From contig CAITWD010000022.1 in NCBI GenBank assembly GCA_903896045.1, positions 4,398 through 68,397 of the forward strand: a DNA stretch of 64,000 bases, written 5' to 3'. Below, in pieces: positions 20,841-29,590 of this stretch. The translations under genes and the position numbers were made by a program. The number at the start of each line of letters is the position of its first letter. The stretch's first letter is position 1. Origin of the DNA: an uncultured Actinomycetes bacterium (GTDB lineage Bacteria > Actinomycetota > Thermoleophilia > Miltoncostaeales > Miltoncostaeaceae). Below the pieces are notes generated by a model. The model had not been told where the DNA came from. It was given only the letters and a program-made list of their open reading frames with translations, and made no database searches.

Positions 20841-21395
20841 GTGTTCGAAGTCGGAGACAAAGTGGTGTACCCACACCACGGCGCTGGAGTCGTTGAAAAG
20901 AAAGAGCATCGCGAGGTGCTTGGACAAAAGCGCGAATACTTGACGATTACCATCTTGTACAACGAGATGACCGTCATGGTTCCGGCGGAGAACGCCGAAG
21001 CAGCGGGTTTACGCCCGGTGATCGACGAGAAGACGGTCAAAGAAGTGCTTGCGGTGTTGAAGGACGACGGCACCCAGATGCCCAAGAACTGGAACCGCCG
21101 TTTTAAGCACAACCGCGACAAGATCAAGACCGGGGACGTCTTTGAGCTAGCCGAGGTCGTGCGCAATCTCTCGATTCGGGACCTTGATAAGGGACTGTCG
21201 ACCGGCGAGAAGCAGATGTTTGGACGCGCGAAGAAAATTCTCGCGAGCGAATTAATGTACGCCTGCGACATGGAAGAGCAGGAAGCCATCGACTTCCTGG
21301 AGAATCTTCTTGAGAACATCAGTGGTGACCGCGGCGAGGCCCGCGTGAACGCTGGTGGGACGTCGGACTTTGATGAGGACGACGACCAAGAGTAA
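20841..21395 (+). CDS. carD: CarD/CdnL-family RNA polymerase-binding regulator
   Basis: FEVGDKVVYPHHGAGVVEKKEHREVLGQKREYLTI (CarD_TRCF domain). Acidic C-terminal tail. Confidence 0.9.
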   Translation: MFEVGDKVVYPHHGAGVVEKKEHREVLGQKREYLTITILYNEMTVMVPAENAEAAGLRPVIDEKTVKEVLAVLKDDGTQMPKNWNRRFKHNRDKIKTGDVFELAEVVRNLSIRDLDKGLSTGEKQMFGRAKKILASELMYACDMEEQEAIDFLENLLENISGDRGEARVNAGGTSDFDEDDDQE

Positions 21396-21617
21396 TTGCT
21401 GGCGTAGGTCGTACCGGGATTGCGTAGAAACCGCGCTACCATCCCTTCACGCATGCAATATGCATGACAGGCATGTCATGCGTTGTGCTCTCGCTATTTT
21501 CTGAGGAGTCGCTGCACTCATGATCTGGAACTCCACACCACCTGCAGGATGCATGGCAGGTTGGTGGGGTGGTTCTGGCGTGCGCAACGTGACAGCGCCA
21601 GGTCGCAGAGGTCGGGC

Positions 21618-22658
21618 ATGAACGTGGTGACACGCATCACGTTGGCGCTACTTGGCGCCCTTGCTGCAATCGAAGTCGCACTCAAACTGCCGATCGCCGC
21701 GCACTTTAGTGGGATCACCCACTTCGCCATCATCGTCGCGATCGGAGTCGTTGGCGGCGCGGTGGGCTATGTGGTGGGTGGGCTTATCGCCGGATGGCTT
21801 CGTGACCACCTGCGGGCAATTGAGCGCGCTGCTGATCGGCGCTCCGCGGGGGAGTTGATCATTGGTGCATTGGGGCTCGTGGTTGGTCTGATCGCTGCAG
21901 CGCTTGCCGGGATTGCCGTCAAGCAATTGCCGATCGTCGGTGTCTATCTCTTTATCCCCATGATGATCTTTGTGGCATACATCTTTAGTCGCGTGGCTGC
22001 TCGCAAGCACCGCGACATCTTGCGTCTTGTGGGCCTGCGCTCTCGGTCTGCACAGGCGCGTGTCATTGATACCTCAGCGATTATTGATGGGCGACTCGTC
22101 GCGGTCCTGCGCACCCGGTTTCTGTCTGGGGCACTCATTGTTCCCGACTTTGTGCTTGTCGAATTGCAGCAGGTCGCCGATTCTGCAGATCCACTCAAGC
22201 GTGCCCGCGGGCGTCGTGGACTCGAGATTATTGAGGAGATCAAGACGTCGGTGAATGGCGGCTTTTCGGTACGCAACACCGATCGAGGCGATGCTGATCC
22301 TGTCGATAGTCGCCTCGTGCGCCTTGCGCGTGAGTTGGGTGCATCGATTGTCACCACCGACTACAACTTGAATAAGGTCGCCCAAATCCAGGGCATTGAG
22401 GTCCTCAACATCAACGAGCTCGCCAATGCCCTCAAGCCTGCGGTCTTGCCGGGAGAGCCCCTATCGATCAAGGTGATTCGTGAAGGTCGTGAATACGATC
22501 AAGGGGTGGGCTACCTCGATGACGGCACCATGATCGTGGTGGAGGGGGGCCGTCGCTTGCTGGGCCAGAGGATTGATGTGGAGGTCACCTCCATCCTGCA
22601 GAGCCCATCGGGAAAGATGATCTTTACGCGCCCAATTGCCAACGAGGTCTCGGCGTAA
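21618..22658 (+). CDS. PIN/TRAM domain membrane protein (YacL-like)
   Basis: N-terminal TM helices, a PIN-like core (VIDTSAIIDGRL) and a C-terminal TRAM-like domain. Same position as B. subtilis yacL before ispD. Confidence 0.85.
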   Translation: MNVVTRITLALLGALAAIEVALKLPIAAHFSGITHFAIIVAIGVVGGAVGYVVGGLIAGWLRDHLRAIERAADRRSAGELIIGALGLVVGLIAAALAGIAVKQLPIVGVYLFIPMMIFVAYIFSRVAARKHRDILRLVGLRSRSAQARVIDTSAIIDGRLVAVLRTRFLSGALIVPDFVLVELQQVADSADPLKRARGRRGLEIIEEIKTSVNGGFSVRNTDRGDADPVDSRLVRLARELGASIVTTDYNLNKVAQIQGIEVLNINELANALKPAVLPGEPLSIKVIREGREYDQGVGYLDDGTMIVVEGGRRLLGQRIDVEVTSILQSPSGKMIFTRPIANEVSA

Positions 22659-22697
22659 CCGCGCGTGAACTCGATAGCTGTGAACGGACGGTGAGCT

Positions 22698-23414
22698 GTG
22701 TCGGATAGCGCGCCACGTCGATGCGCGGCAATCGTCGTCGCCGGGGGGATCGGCGTGCGCATGGGCGCCGGAGTCCCAAAGGCGTTGATGCCAATCGCCG
22801 GTCGTGCACTCGCTGCATGGTGCCTTGATGGGTTCAGGCGTTCTGAGCGCATATCGCGTCTGATCGTTGTCGTGCCGGCGGGATACGAATCGCAGTGTGT
22901 CGATGCCCTTGGCCTTGCCCCGGGCGATGTGGTTGCGGGTGGCGCAACCCGTGCCGAATCGGTTGCCTGCGGACTCAACTATCTCGGGGATGCCCATGAG
23001 CTTGTCCTTGTCCACGATGCCGCACGGCCTCTTCTTGACCCCGATCTGGTGTGCGCGGTCATCGATGGGGTGGGCGATGCAGCTGGAGCAATCGCTGCGG
23101 CACCGATGGTCGATACGCCAAAGCGCGTTGGACACGATCATTTGATCGCCGAAACATTGGTGCGTGATGGGCTGTGGCTCGCGCAAACGCCCCAGGTATT
23201 TGATCGCGCAGTCCTGCAGGCCGCCATCGATGCCGCAGTCGCCGAAGGGCGGCTCGATCAGGCAACCGACTGCGCATCACTGGTGGAGATGATGGGTGGC
23301 AGTGTCGCCGTAGTGCCGTCGTTGCGACCAAATCTCAAGGTCACCACGCCCGCAGATGTGCATCTTGCCGAGATCCTTCTCGCCGACCCTGATCGCTTCG
23401 GTCCGGTAACGTGA
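22698..23414 (+). CDS. ispD: 2-C-methyl-D-erythritol 4-phosphate cytidylyltransferase
   Basis: AAIVVAGGIGVRMGAGVPKALMPIAGRAL...VLVHDAARPL. Confidence 0.9.
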   Translation: MSDSAPRRCAAIVVAGGIGVRMGAGVPKALMPIAGRALAAWCLDGFRRSERISRLIVVVPAGYESQCVDALGLAPGDVVAGGATRAESVACGLNYLGDAHELVLVHDAARPLLDPDLVCAVIDGVGDAAGAIAAAPMVDTPKRVGHDHLIAETLVRDGLWLAQTPQVFDRAVLQAAIDAAVAEGRLDQATDCASLVEMMGGSVAVVPSLRPNLKVTTPADVHLAEILLADPDRFGPVT

Positions 23415-23424
23415 CGACGCCGCA

Positions 23425-24288
23425 ATGTTGACCGATTACCACATCCACCTGCAGCCCGATGGCCCTGAGGCGCGCGCAGAAAATGCATCGCGGTGGCAGG
23501 AGCATGGCGGCCATCTGTCCGAAGGCTGGATTGGCACCTATGTTGCGCGGGCGCGGTCCCGAGGGGTCGCAGAGATCGCCTTTACCGAGCACGTGCATCG
23601 GTTCTCACACGCGCGTGAGTGGCATCCGAACCCGTGGTGGCAGGGCGAGGCGACAGAGGATGTTGACCTCTACTGCCAGTCGCTTGCCGCGGCTCGCGTC
23701 GCTGGTGCGCCAATTTTGATCGGCGTTGAAATGGATTGGCTCCCGCATCGCGTGGACGAGATTCGCGCGTTTTTGGCCGATCGCCCCTTCGACATCGTGT
23801 TGGGATCGGTGCATTGGCTCGCCGATCACGCCGTCGATCATCCCGAGTATTTGGCGTGGGATTCCTTGGACGCCGAAGAGGTCTGGGAGCGCTATCTCGA
23901 TGAACTGGTTGCGGCGGCCCAGTCGGGACTCTTCGATGTCTTGGCGCATATTGATCTGCCAAAGGTATTCGGACATGTTCCGCCCGCCTCTGCCCGCGAT
24001 CGATGGCCGCAGGTGATCGCGCAAATTGCCCAGACCGGCGTCGCAATTGAATGCTCAACTGCGGGACTGCGCAAACCGGTGGGTGAGATGTACCCCCAGA
24101 CCGATCTTTTGGCGCAGTGCGCCGCAGCGGGGATTCCCGTGACCCTTGCAAGTGATGCGCACCGCCCAGAGGATGTTGCCGCCGACTATCCAACGGCGGT
24201 GTCGGTGCTCCAAGGGGCGGGCTACACCCATTTGACGCGATTTATGCAACGGGTTCCATCAGCGCATCTGATTGCGGAGTGGGGATGA
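23425..24288 (+). CDS. PHP-family histidinol-phosphatase-like protein (HisJ/HisK type)
   Basis: MLTDYHIHLQPDG, FTEHV, GSVHWL and HIDL metal-binding His/Asp pattern of the PHP HolPase family. Confidence 0.75.
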   Translation: MLTDYHIHLQPDGPEARAENASRWQEHGGHLSEGWIGTYVARARSRGVAEIAFTEHVHRFSHAREWHPNPWWQGEATEDVDLYCQSLAAARVAGAPILIGVEMDWLPHRVDEIRAFLADRPFDIVLGSVHWLADHAVDHPEYLAWDSLDAEEVWERYLDELVAAAQSGLFDVLAHIDLPKVFGHVPPASARDRWPQVIAQIAQTGVAIECSTAGLRKPVGEMYPQTDLLAQCAAAGIPVTLASDAHRPEDVAADYPTAVSVLQGAGYTHLTRFMQRVPSAHLIAEWG

Positions 24289-24764
24289 GCGTCGGGCTCG
24301 GGGTTGATGCCCACCGATTTGGCCCCGGGCGTCCATTGATGCTGGGTACCGTCGAGATTGATCACCCAGAGGGGCTTGTCGGCCATAGTGATGGCGATGT
24401 GGTTGCCCACGCGGTGTGTGACGCAGTGCTCTCTGCCTGTGGCCTGCCGGATATCGGGTCATTTTTCCCACCGAATGATCCTGCGTGGAGCGGCGTATCT
24501 GGGGCAGTGCTCTTGGGCCACGTCGCAGCACATGTTGCCCGCGAGGGGCTACGCGTCGTGAATGCTCATGCCGTGGTCATCTGTGAGGCCCCGCGCATCG
24601 GGCCACATCGAGAGGCCATGCAGGCAGGAATGACGCGTGCCCTTGGTGCGCCAGTGAGCGTGCACGCCACCACCACAGAAACAATGGGTTTTACCGGGCG
24701 CGGCGAAGGTATTGCCTGTCAAGCAGTCGCAATGGTGACGCCGATCGCCGCGGAGGATGTGTGA
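24285..24764 (+). CDS. ispF: 2-C-methyl-D-erythritol 2,4-cyclodiphosphate synthase
   Basis: GLGVDAHRF...GHSDGDVVAHAVCDA. ATG 24285 overlaps the PHP stop (ATGA). Confidence 0.95.
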   Translation: MSVGLGVDAHRFGPGRPLMLGTVEIDHPEGLVGHSDGDVVAHAVCDAVLSACGLPDIGSFFPPNDPAWSGVSGAVLLGHVAAHVAREGLRVVNAHAVVICEAPRIGPHREAMQAGMTRALGAPVSVHATTTETMGFTGRGEGIACQAVAMVTPIAAEDV

Positions 24765-26167
24765 GCACGACCGAACAAGGGCCGTATCTGTATTCGACGC
24801 TCTCGCGTCAACTGGAGCCATTGACGCCTGGCCCAGATGGGTTTGTGCGGATGTATGTGTGTGGGCCGACCGTCTATGGACCTATTCATGTGGGAAATGC
24901 ACGCCCATTTGTGGTGTTTTCGGTCCTCAAGCGGTATCTGAATCGGCGCGGCTACGCCGTGCGTTTTGTCAGCAATGTGACCGACATCAACGACAAGATC
25001 TATGTCGCAGCAGCGCGTGAAGGTGTGCGGTCGGATGAGTTGGCTGCGCGCTATCTCAACGAATATGTGCGCGATACCGATCGCCTTGAGCTTGGTCGAC
25101 CCGATATCGAGCCGACCGTGACCGATCACATGCCCGAGATCATCGAATTCATTGCACGCTTGATCGAAAAAGGCCTCGCCTATCCAAGTCATGGCGATGT
25201 CTATTACCGCGTCGAGCAATTTCCCGGCTACGGCAAGCTTTCCGGACGGCGCACCGACGAGCTGCGCGTCACCGAGCCCGGTGAGGCAAAGGAGCACCCG
25301 CTCGATTTTGCGCTCTGGAAGGGGCATAAGCCCGGTGAGGACACCTTTTGGGAATCCCCATGGGGAAATGGCCGCCCGGGATGGCACATTGAATGTTCGG
25401 CGATGGCACAGGCCGCGCTTGGTCCTTCATTTGAGATTCATGGTGGTGGAATCGACCTTGCTTTTCCTCATCACGAAAACGAGATTGCGCAAAGCGAAGG
25501 CGTCAATGGCGTGCCGATGGCCAGCATCTGGGCGCACAACGAGATGCTTGAGCTCGGCGGGAAAATGAGTAAAAGCGAAGGCAATATCGTGCTCTTGCGC
25601 GACGCACTTGATCGTTGGGGACGCGATGTCCTGGTTGCCTTCTTTTTGCGCACGCACTATCGCTCCAAGCTGCCATACGGCGATGCAACGCTTGAGGACA
25701 CCGCTCGGCAGCTCGACACAATTCGCAATGCCGCATTGGCGCTTGATCGTGCCGAATCTGCTCCGGGTGAGGGGATTCACCGTGAACTCGCCGATACCCT
25801 GGTGTCCGCGCGCAACGACTTTTTCGATGCACTCGATGATGATTTTCATACCCCGCGGGCATTCGCGTCGTTGTTCGAGGTGGTCCATGCAATTAATCGT
25901 GCCGTTGAGGGGGAGTATCGCCCTGGGCGCGCGCAGCTGCAGGCAACCCGGTCAGAGTTTGTCGCGCTTTTGGATGTCGTCGGACTTTCGGGGTTAGCGA
26001 CACCCCAAGAACGCGCTCCCCGAGAGGTGATTGCCCTTGCCAAGGCCCGTGAGGACGCCCGCGCTGCACGTGATTTCGCCCGTGCTGATGGGCTTCGGGA
26101 TGAGATTGCAGCCCTCGGATTCGACGTACGCGATACGCCAGAAGGGCCACAGGTGACACCTCGGTGA
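24761..26167 (+). CDS. cysS: Cysteine--tRNA ligase
   Basis: HIGH-type HVGNARP and KMSKS motifs. GTGA overlap with ispF. Confidence 0.95.
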   Translation: MSTTEQGPYLYSTLSRQLEPLTPGPDGFVRMYVCGPTVYGPIHVGNARPFVVFSVLKRYLNRRGYAVRFVSNVTDINDKIYVAAAREGVRSDELAARYLNEYVRDTDRLELGRPDIEPTVTDHMPEIIEFIARLIEKGLAYPSHGDVYYRVEQFPGYGKLSGRRTDELRVTEPGEAKEHPLDFALWKGHKPGEDTFWESPWGNGRPGWHIECSAMAQAALGPSFEIHGGGIDLAFPHHENEIAQSEGVNGVPMASIWAHNEMLELGGKMSKSEGNIVLLRDALDRWGRDVLVAFFLRTHYRSKLPYGDATLEDTARQLDTIRNAALALDRAESAPGEGIHRELADTLVSARNDFFDALDDDFHTPRAFASLFEVVHAINRAVEGEYRPGRAQLQATRSEFVALLDVVGLSGLATPQERAPREVIALAKAREDARAARDFARADGLRDEIAALGFDVRDTPEGPQVTPR

Positions 26168-26868
26168 ACGACGATGAATTTATTTACGGGCGAAATCCTG
26201 TTCGCGAGGCAATCGCTGCAGGGCGTCGCACCATTGACGAGGTGTGGGTGTTGCCACAGCTCGCCGAGACGGAGTGGCTGACCGGTGTCAAGGTAAAGAT
26301 CCGCTCCAAGGCCGAAATTGGCCACATGGCGGGAACCGGCGACCATCAAGGCATCATGGCCTTCACCGATGCCTACCCATATGCATCTGAGCGCGAGATG
26401 TTGCGCGCCCCGAAACCCATCGTGGTGCTCGACGGCGCGCAAGACCCCCGCAATTTTGGTGCCATTTGCCGGGTGGCCGATGCCGCCGGCGCAATTGGCA
26501 TCGTGATGCCACGACGGGGTTCGCCGGGGGTGACAGCGACGGTCTGCAAGACATCGGCGGGCGCAGTTGAGCATCTACTGGTCGCACGCGTAGATAGCAT
26601 CGCGGGGTTCCTCAGCGAGGCTGCCGATATCGGTCGGCTCATCGTCGGATCTGACGCAGAGGCCCCAACCGACTTTCGTTCTGTGACGTGGACGCCGAAT
26701 TCGGTGATTGTCATGGGAAGCGAAGGGGCGGGACTGCGTCCGAAGGTTGCGGCAGGATGTACACACATGGTTTCCATACCTATGCAGGGAAAAGTTGCCT
26801 CGTTGAATCTCTCGGTGGCCTGCGCCTTGTTGTTGTTTGAAGCGGTTCGCGGAGATATTTCAACCTAA
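26164..26868 (+). CDS. rlmB: 23S rRNA 2'-O-ribose G2251 methyltransferase (SpoU/TrmH family)
   Basis: IYGRNPVREAI N-domain plus SpoU methylase C-domain (GSEGAGLR, SLNLSVA). GTGA overlap with cysS. Confidence 0.9.
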   Translation: MNDDEFIYGRNPVREAIAAGRRTIDEVWVLPQLAETEWLTGVKVKIRSKAEIGHMAGTGDHQGIMAFTDAYPYASEREMLRAPKPIVVLDGAQDPRNFGAICRVADAAGAIGIVMPRRGSPGVTATVCKTSAGAVEHLLVARVDSIAGFLSEAADIGRLIVGSDAEAPTDFRSVTWTPNSVIVMGSEGAGLRPKVAAGCTHMVSIPMQGKVASLNLSVACALLLFEAVRGDIST

Positions 26869-26971
26869 ATCTCACCTTGAGCCTTCCCAAACGGCTCTCA
26901 GTCACATAACATCCGCCGAAGAGGGGATTTCGAACCCTCTACTTCAGGATCAGACTTGATGAGGAAATGCC

Positions 26972-27676
26972 GTGGCACTGGGAATCTCAGCAGTCAAGAA
27001 CGCAGAAAACGCGAATCGGCGTATTCGCGGAAGCTATGAACCTCAGACTGAGAATGAGATCACCGATCGTGGGCTGATCGAGCGTGCACGTCGCGGTGAT
27101 TCGGTCGCAATGGACAAAATTGTCGATCGTTACAGGGGTTTTGTACGGCTCCGGGCGAGTTCGTACTTCCTCGCAGGTGGCGAGGGCGAAGATCTGATCC
27201 AGGAAGGGCTAATTGGCCTCTACAAGGCCGTGCGCGATTATCGGTACGACCGTGAGGCATCGTTCCGGTCATTTGCCGAGCTGTGCGTGACCCGTCAGAT
27301 CATCACCGCAATCAAGACCGCGGCCCGTAACAAGCACACACCGCTCAACACCTATGTCTCGTTCAGCCACTCGCGTGCGGGCGCCTCGTCAGACCAAGAG
27401 ATGTCGCTTGCAGAAATTCTTCCCGATGACCCCGCATGGGATCCGGTCAACCAGGCAATCTCCTCCGAAGAGCTGCGTTCATTGATCGGCTGCCTTGGTG
27501 AGACATTGTCCCCACTCGAGAGCGGCGTGTTGACGATGTACCTCGAGGGTCGGTCGTATGAGGAGATCGCTGGACGGATGAGTTGTACCCCCAAGACCGT
27601 CGATAACGCACTGCAGCGGGTCAAGCGCAAGGTGATTGTGCACTTGCGCTCTCGTGAGGTCGCAGACCTGCGCTAA
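26972..27676 (+). CDS. sigH: RNA polymerase sigma factor, SigH/Spo0H-type
   Basis: FVRLRASSYFLAGGEGEDLIQEGLIGLYKAVRDY...FAELCVTRQIITAIKTAARNKHTPLN closely parallels Bacillus sigma-H. It sits after rlmB, as in Firmicutes. Confidence 0.85.
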   Translation: MALGISAVKNAENANRRIRGSYEPQTENEITDRGLIERARRGDSVAMDKIVDRYRGFVRLRASSYFLAGGEGEDLIQEGLIGLYKAVRDYRYDREASFRSFAELCVTRQIITAIKTAARNKHTPLNTYVSFSHSRAGASSDQEMSLAEILPDDPAWDPVNQAISSEELRSLIGCLGETLSPLESGVLTMYLEGRSYEEIAGRMSCTPKTVDNALQRVKRKVIVHLRSREVADLR

Positions 27677-27702
27677 GCGTCTGTCGGGGTAGGCTTTCGG
27701 GG

Positions 27703-28092
27703 ATGGACACATTTCCCATGCCGCGCTCCAAGTGGGCCTTTCTTTTTCTCGCGCTGTTCGCCCCACGGGGTGGATCGGTGATCTTGCGCGATGAGTCGCT
27801 CATCGTCCGGATGGGTGCACTGGGGCGGGCAGAGGTGCCGATCGCAATGATCTCGCGGGTGTCGATTGCCAACTGGTCCTGGTGGCAAGGGCTCGGAGTA
27901 CGCATTCACCGCGGGGAAGTGGGATTTATTGCCCAAAGCGGCCGTGTCGTCGCCCTCGATCTTTCGGCCCCGCTCGCGGTGCGTGCCCCGTTTCGATGGA
28001 TGGCCGATCGCGTCAGTGTGCGAGTGAGCGATCCCGAGGAGCTGGTGTTGGCGATTGCGGTCCGTCGGGAGCATCTGTCGGCACCGGAGTGA
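27703..28092 (+). CDS. Hypothetical protein (possibly bacterial PH-like fold)
   Basis: 129-aa ORF with a hydrophobic N-terminus followed by a beta-rich pattern. No motif recognised. Confidence 0.55.
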   Translation: MDTFPMPRSKWAFLFLALFAPRGGSVILRDESLIVRMGALGRAEVPIAMISRVSIANWSWWQGLGVRIHRGEVGFIAQSGRVVALDLSAPLAVRAPFRWMADRVSVRVSDPEELVLAIAVRREHLSAPE

Positions 28093-28264
28093 TGTGTCCT
28101 GGAGGCGTGTGATTGTCATGCGGTGGTGCAGGAAGACGCCGACTCCCGTCATTGGGATGATCAGATGGAGGCTCGTTCTCGCGCAATTCCCACCAGACAT
28201 GCGCAAGAAAGCCGGCGGCGACAACGACCGCGTAGATCACACCGAGAATGGCGACCAGAGGCAT
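28013..28264 (-). CDS. Possible small single-pass membrane protein (uncertain)
   Basis: MPLVAILGVIYAVVVAAGFLAHVWW TM helix followed by a Pro-rich tail. No SD. The 3' end overlaps the convergent ORF by 80 nt. Confidence 0.3.
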   Translation of the reverse strand: MPLVAILGVIYAVVVAAGFLAHVWWELRENEPPSDHPNDGSRRLPAPPHDNHTPPGHITPVPTDAPDGPQSPTPAPRDRSLAH

Positions 28265-28318
28265 GTCGTGAGACTACGCCAGATTCATCGTCCAGCAGCA
28301 TCCATTGGTCGTGATCCG

Positions 28319-28348
28319 ACCACGGGGCTTCCTGAGCAACCCCGTGGT
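28319..28348 (-). terminator. Hairpin after the secreted-protein gene
   Basis: ACCACGGGG-12 nt-CCCCGTGGT inverted repeat read directly, 14 nt downstream of the stop at 28362. Confidence 0.4.
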
Positions 28349-28361
28349 GATGATCGCGTCC

Positions 28362-28964
28362 TTATGAGCTTCTGAATTCGAGAGTTTGTGAATACGAGCC
28401 ATTTGCGTGACGCACCGTCACGAGCTGGCCATGGGCAAATCGATACTTGCCCGTCCCACCGATGATTGCTCGATATTGGGCAACGCCGACCGAAAGAAGC
28501 GGGTCGGGATTGAGCGGGTAGACCGCATCACCCTGAACCAGAATGCTGTCGGCGTGTGAGAAGTGAAAGTCGTAGCTGATATCCCAAAGCGCGAGGGACT
28601 GCCCGATACGTGCACCAGGGATATGGTCCGTCACGGTCCAGTTCACGTTTGATCCAAGTTCCACAAGTGTGCGTTCGCCGCTGACAACACCGATGACTCG
28701 GCCCGCATGTCTGAGGCGAGCAATAAATGTGTTGTAGTCACCGACGGTGCTCGTGCCTGGTACCTGGAGGTGGGGAGTAAGGGTCGGTGGATCTTGGGTG
28801 AGCGACATGATCTGCACCGGCGGCGATTGGAGATCCTTTACCACTGCCGGTGAGATTTGCGAGGTATTGGTGATGATGTATCTGCCTGCGGCAATGCCTG
28901 TGCCGGCCATGGCACAGCAGAGCGCGGCAGTGGCGATGAGCGTCGCTGGGGAAGGTAGTTTCAT
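28362..28964 (-). CDS. Secreted protein, allene-oxide-cyclase/dirigent-like barrel (tentative)
   Basis: Signal peptide MKLPSPATLIATAALCCAMAGTGIAA. C-terminal AIIGGTGKYRFAHGQ resembles the GGTGxFxxARG motif of the dirigent/AOC-barrel family. Confidence 0.65.
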   Translation of the reverse strand: MKLPSPATLIATAALCCAMAGTGIAAGRYIITNTSQISPAVVKDLQSPPVQIMSLTQDPPTLTPHLQVPGTSTVGDYNTFIARLRHAGRVIGVVSGERTLVELGSNVNWTVTDHIPGARIGQSLALWDISYDFHFSHADSILVQGDAVYPLNPDPLLSVGVAQYRAIIGGTGKYRFAHGQLVTVRHANGSYSQTLEFRSS

Positions 28965-29059
28965 GCGCTGAACTCGATCATCTAGAGGGCGCCCCGTGGC
29001 CGAGATCGGTCGCATATGCGCAGGCCTTCGGAGATCTGTACACGGCTTCTGAAGTATGG

Positions 29060-29090
29060 TCCGGCGCGCCACATCGATCGGTGCGCCGGA
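29060..29090 (-). terminator. Hairpin after the VOC gene
   Basis: TCCGGCGC-15 nt-GCGCCGGA inverted repeat, 16 nt after the stop at 29106. Confidence 0.35.
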
Positions 29091-29105
29091 GTCGTCTCGA
29101 GCGTG

Positions 29106-29462
29106 TTAGGCCGTGGCCTCTTCGATCACGACAAGCTCATTGCCGTCGGGGTCGTAGATGTCGAGTGAACGACCGCCGCCGATGTCTTGGACCTTCCCGA
29201 CGACGGTGCCTGCGGCATTGAGGGCCACAATCAGATCATCGAGCTGCGTCGTTGCGAACACGACAGTGGCGCCGCCCTTCTGGGGCGCGACCGCAAGTTC
29301 ACCGGTGAGGGTCAAGTTGATTGCTCCAGCGGACAAGAGCGCATAGTCACCGCCTTCGCGATGAAGGAGGTCGAGTCCCAGGGTGTCGCGATAGAAGCCC
29401 AATGCGCGCTCCATATTGCAGACCTGGTAGAAGACCGTGTCAATTCCAGCAATCAAGCCCAT
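29106..29462 (-). CDS. VOC/glyoxalase-bleomycin resistance family protein
   Basis: 118 aa. VFYQVCNMERALGFYRDTLGL...DPDGNELVV matches the typical VOC pattern. GGGAGA SD. Confidence 0.85.
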   Translation of the reverse strand: MGLIAGIDTVFYQVCNMERALGFYRDTLGLDLLHREGGDYALLSAGAINLTLTGELAVAPQKGGATVVFATTQLDDLIVALNAAGTVVGKVQDIGGGRSLDIYDPDGNELVVIEEATA

Positions 29463-29590
29463 GTCATCTCCCGATAGCGAATCCTGTCGAGAAGTTTAGG
29501 CGACGAGTCACGATTGTGTTTCGCACGGCGCCAGGAATTCATTTCTTGCGCGTATGCGGGGACATCGGGGGGCGTCGTTACCATCGATCC

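Noticed and set aside
26921-26948. tRNA-like T-arm sequence (GAGGGGATTTCGAACCCTC) upstream of sigH.
   Set aside because: The loop is 9 nt rather than 7. No acceptor, D or anticodon arms can be folded on either strand. It is more likely a simple hairpin after rlmB.
29463-29590. Possible SOS box upstream of the DEDDh-GIY-YIG nuclease (CGAATCCTGTCGAG, CGATTGTGTTTCG).
   Set aside because: There are too many mismatches, and wrong spacing, relative to CGAAC-N4-GTTCG.
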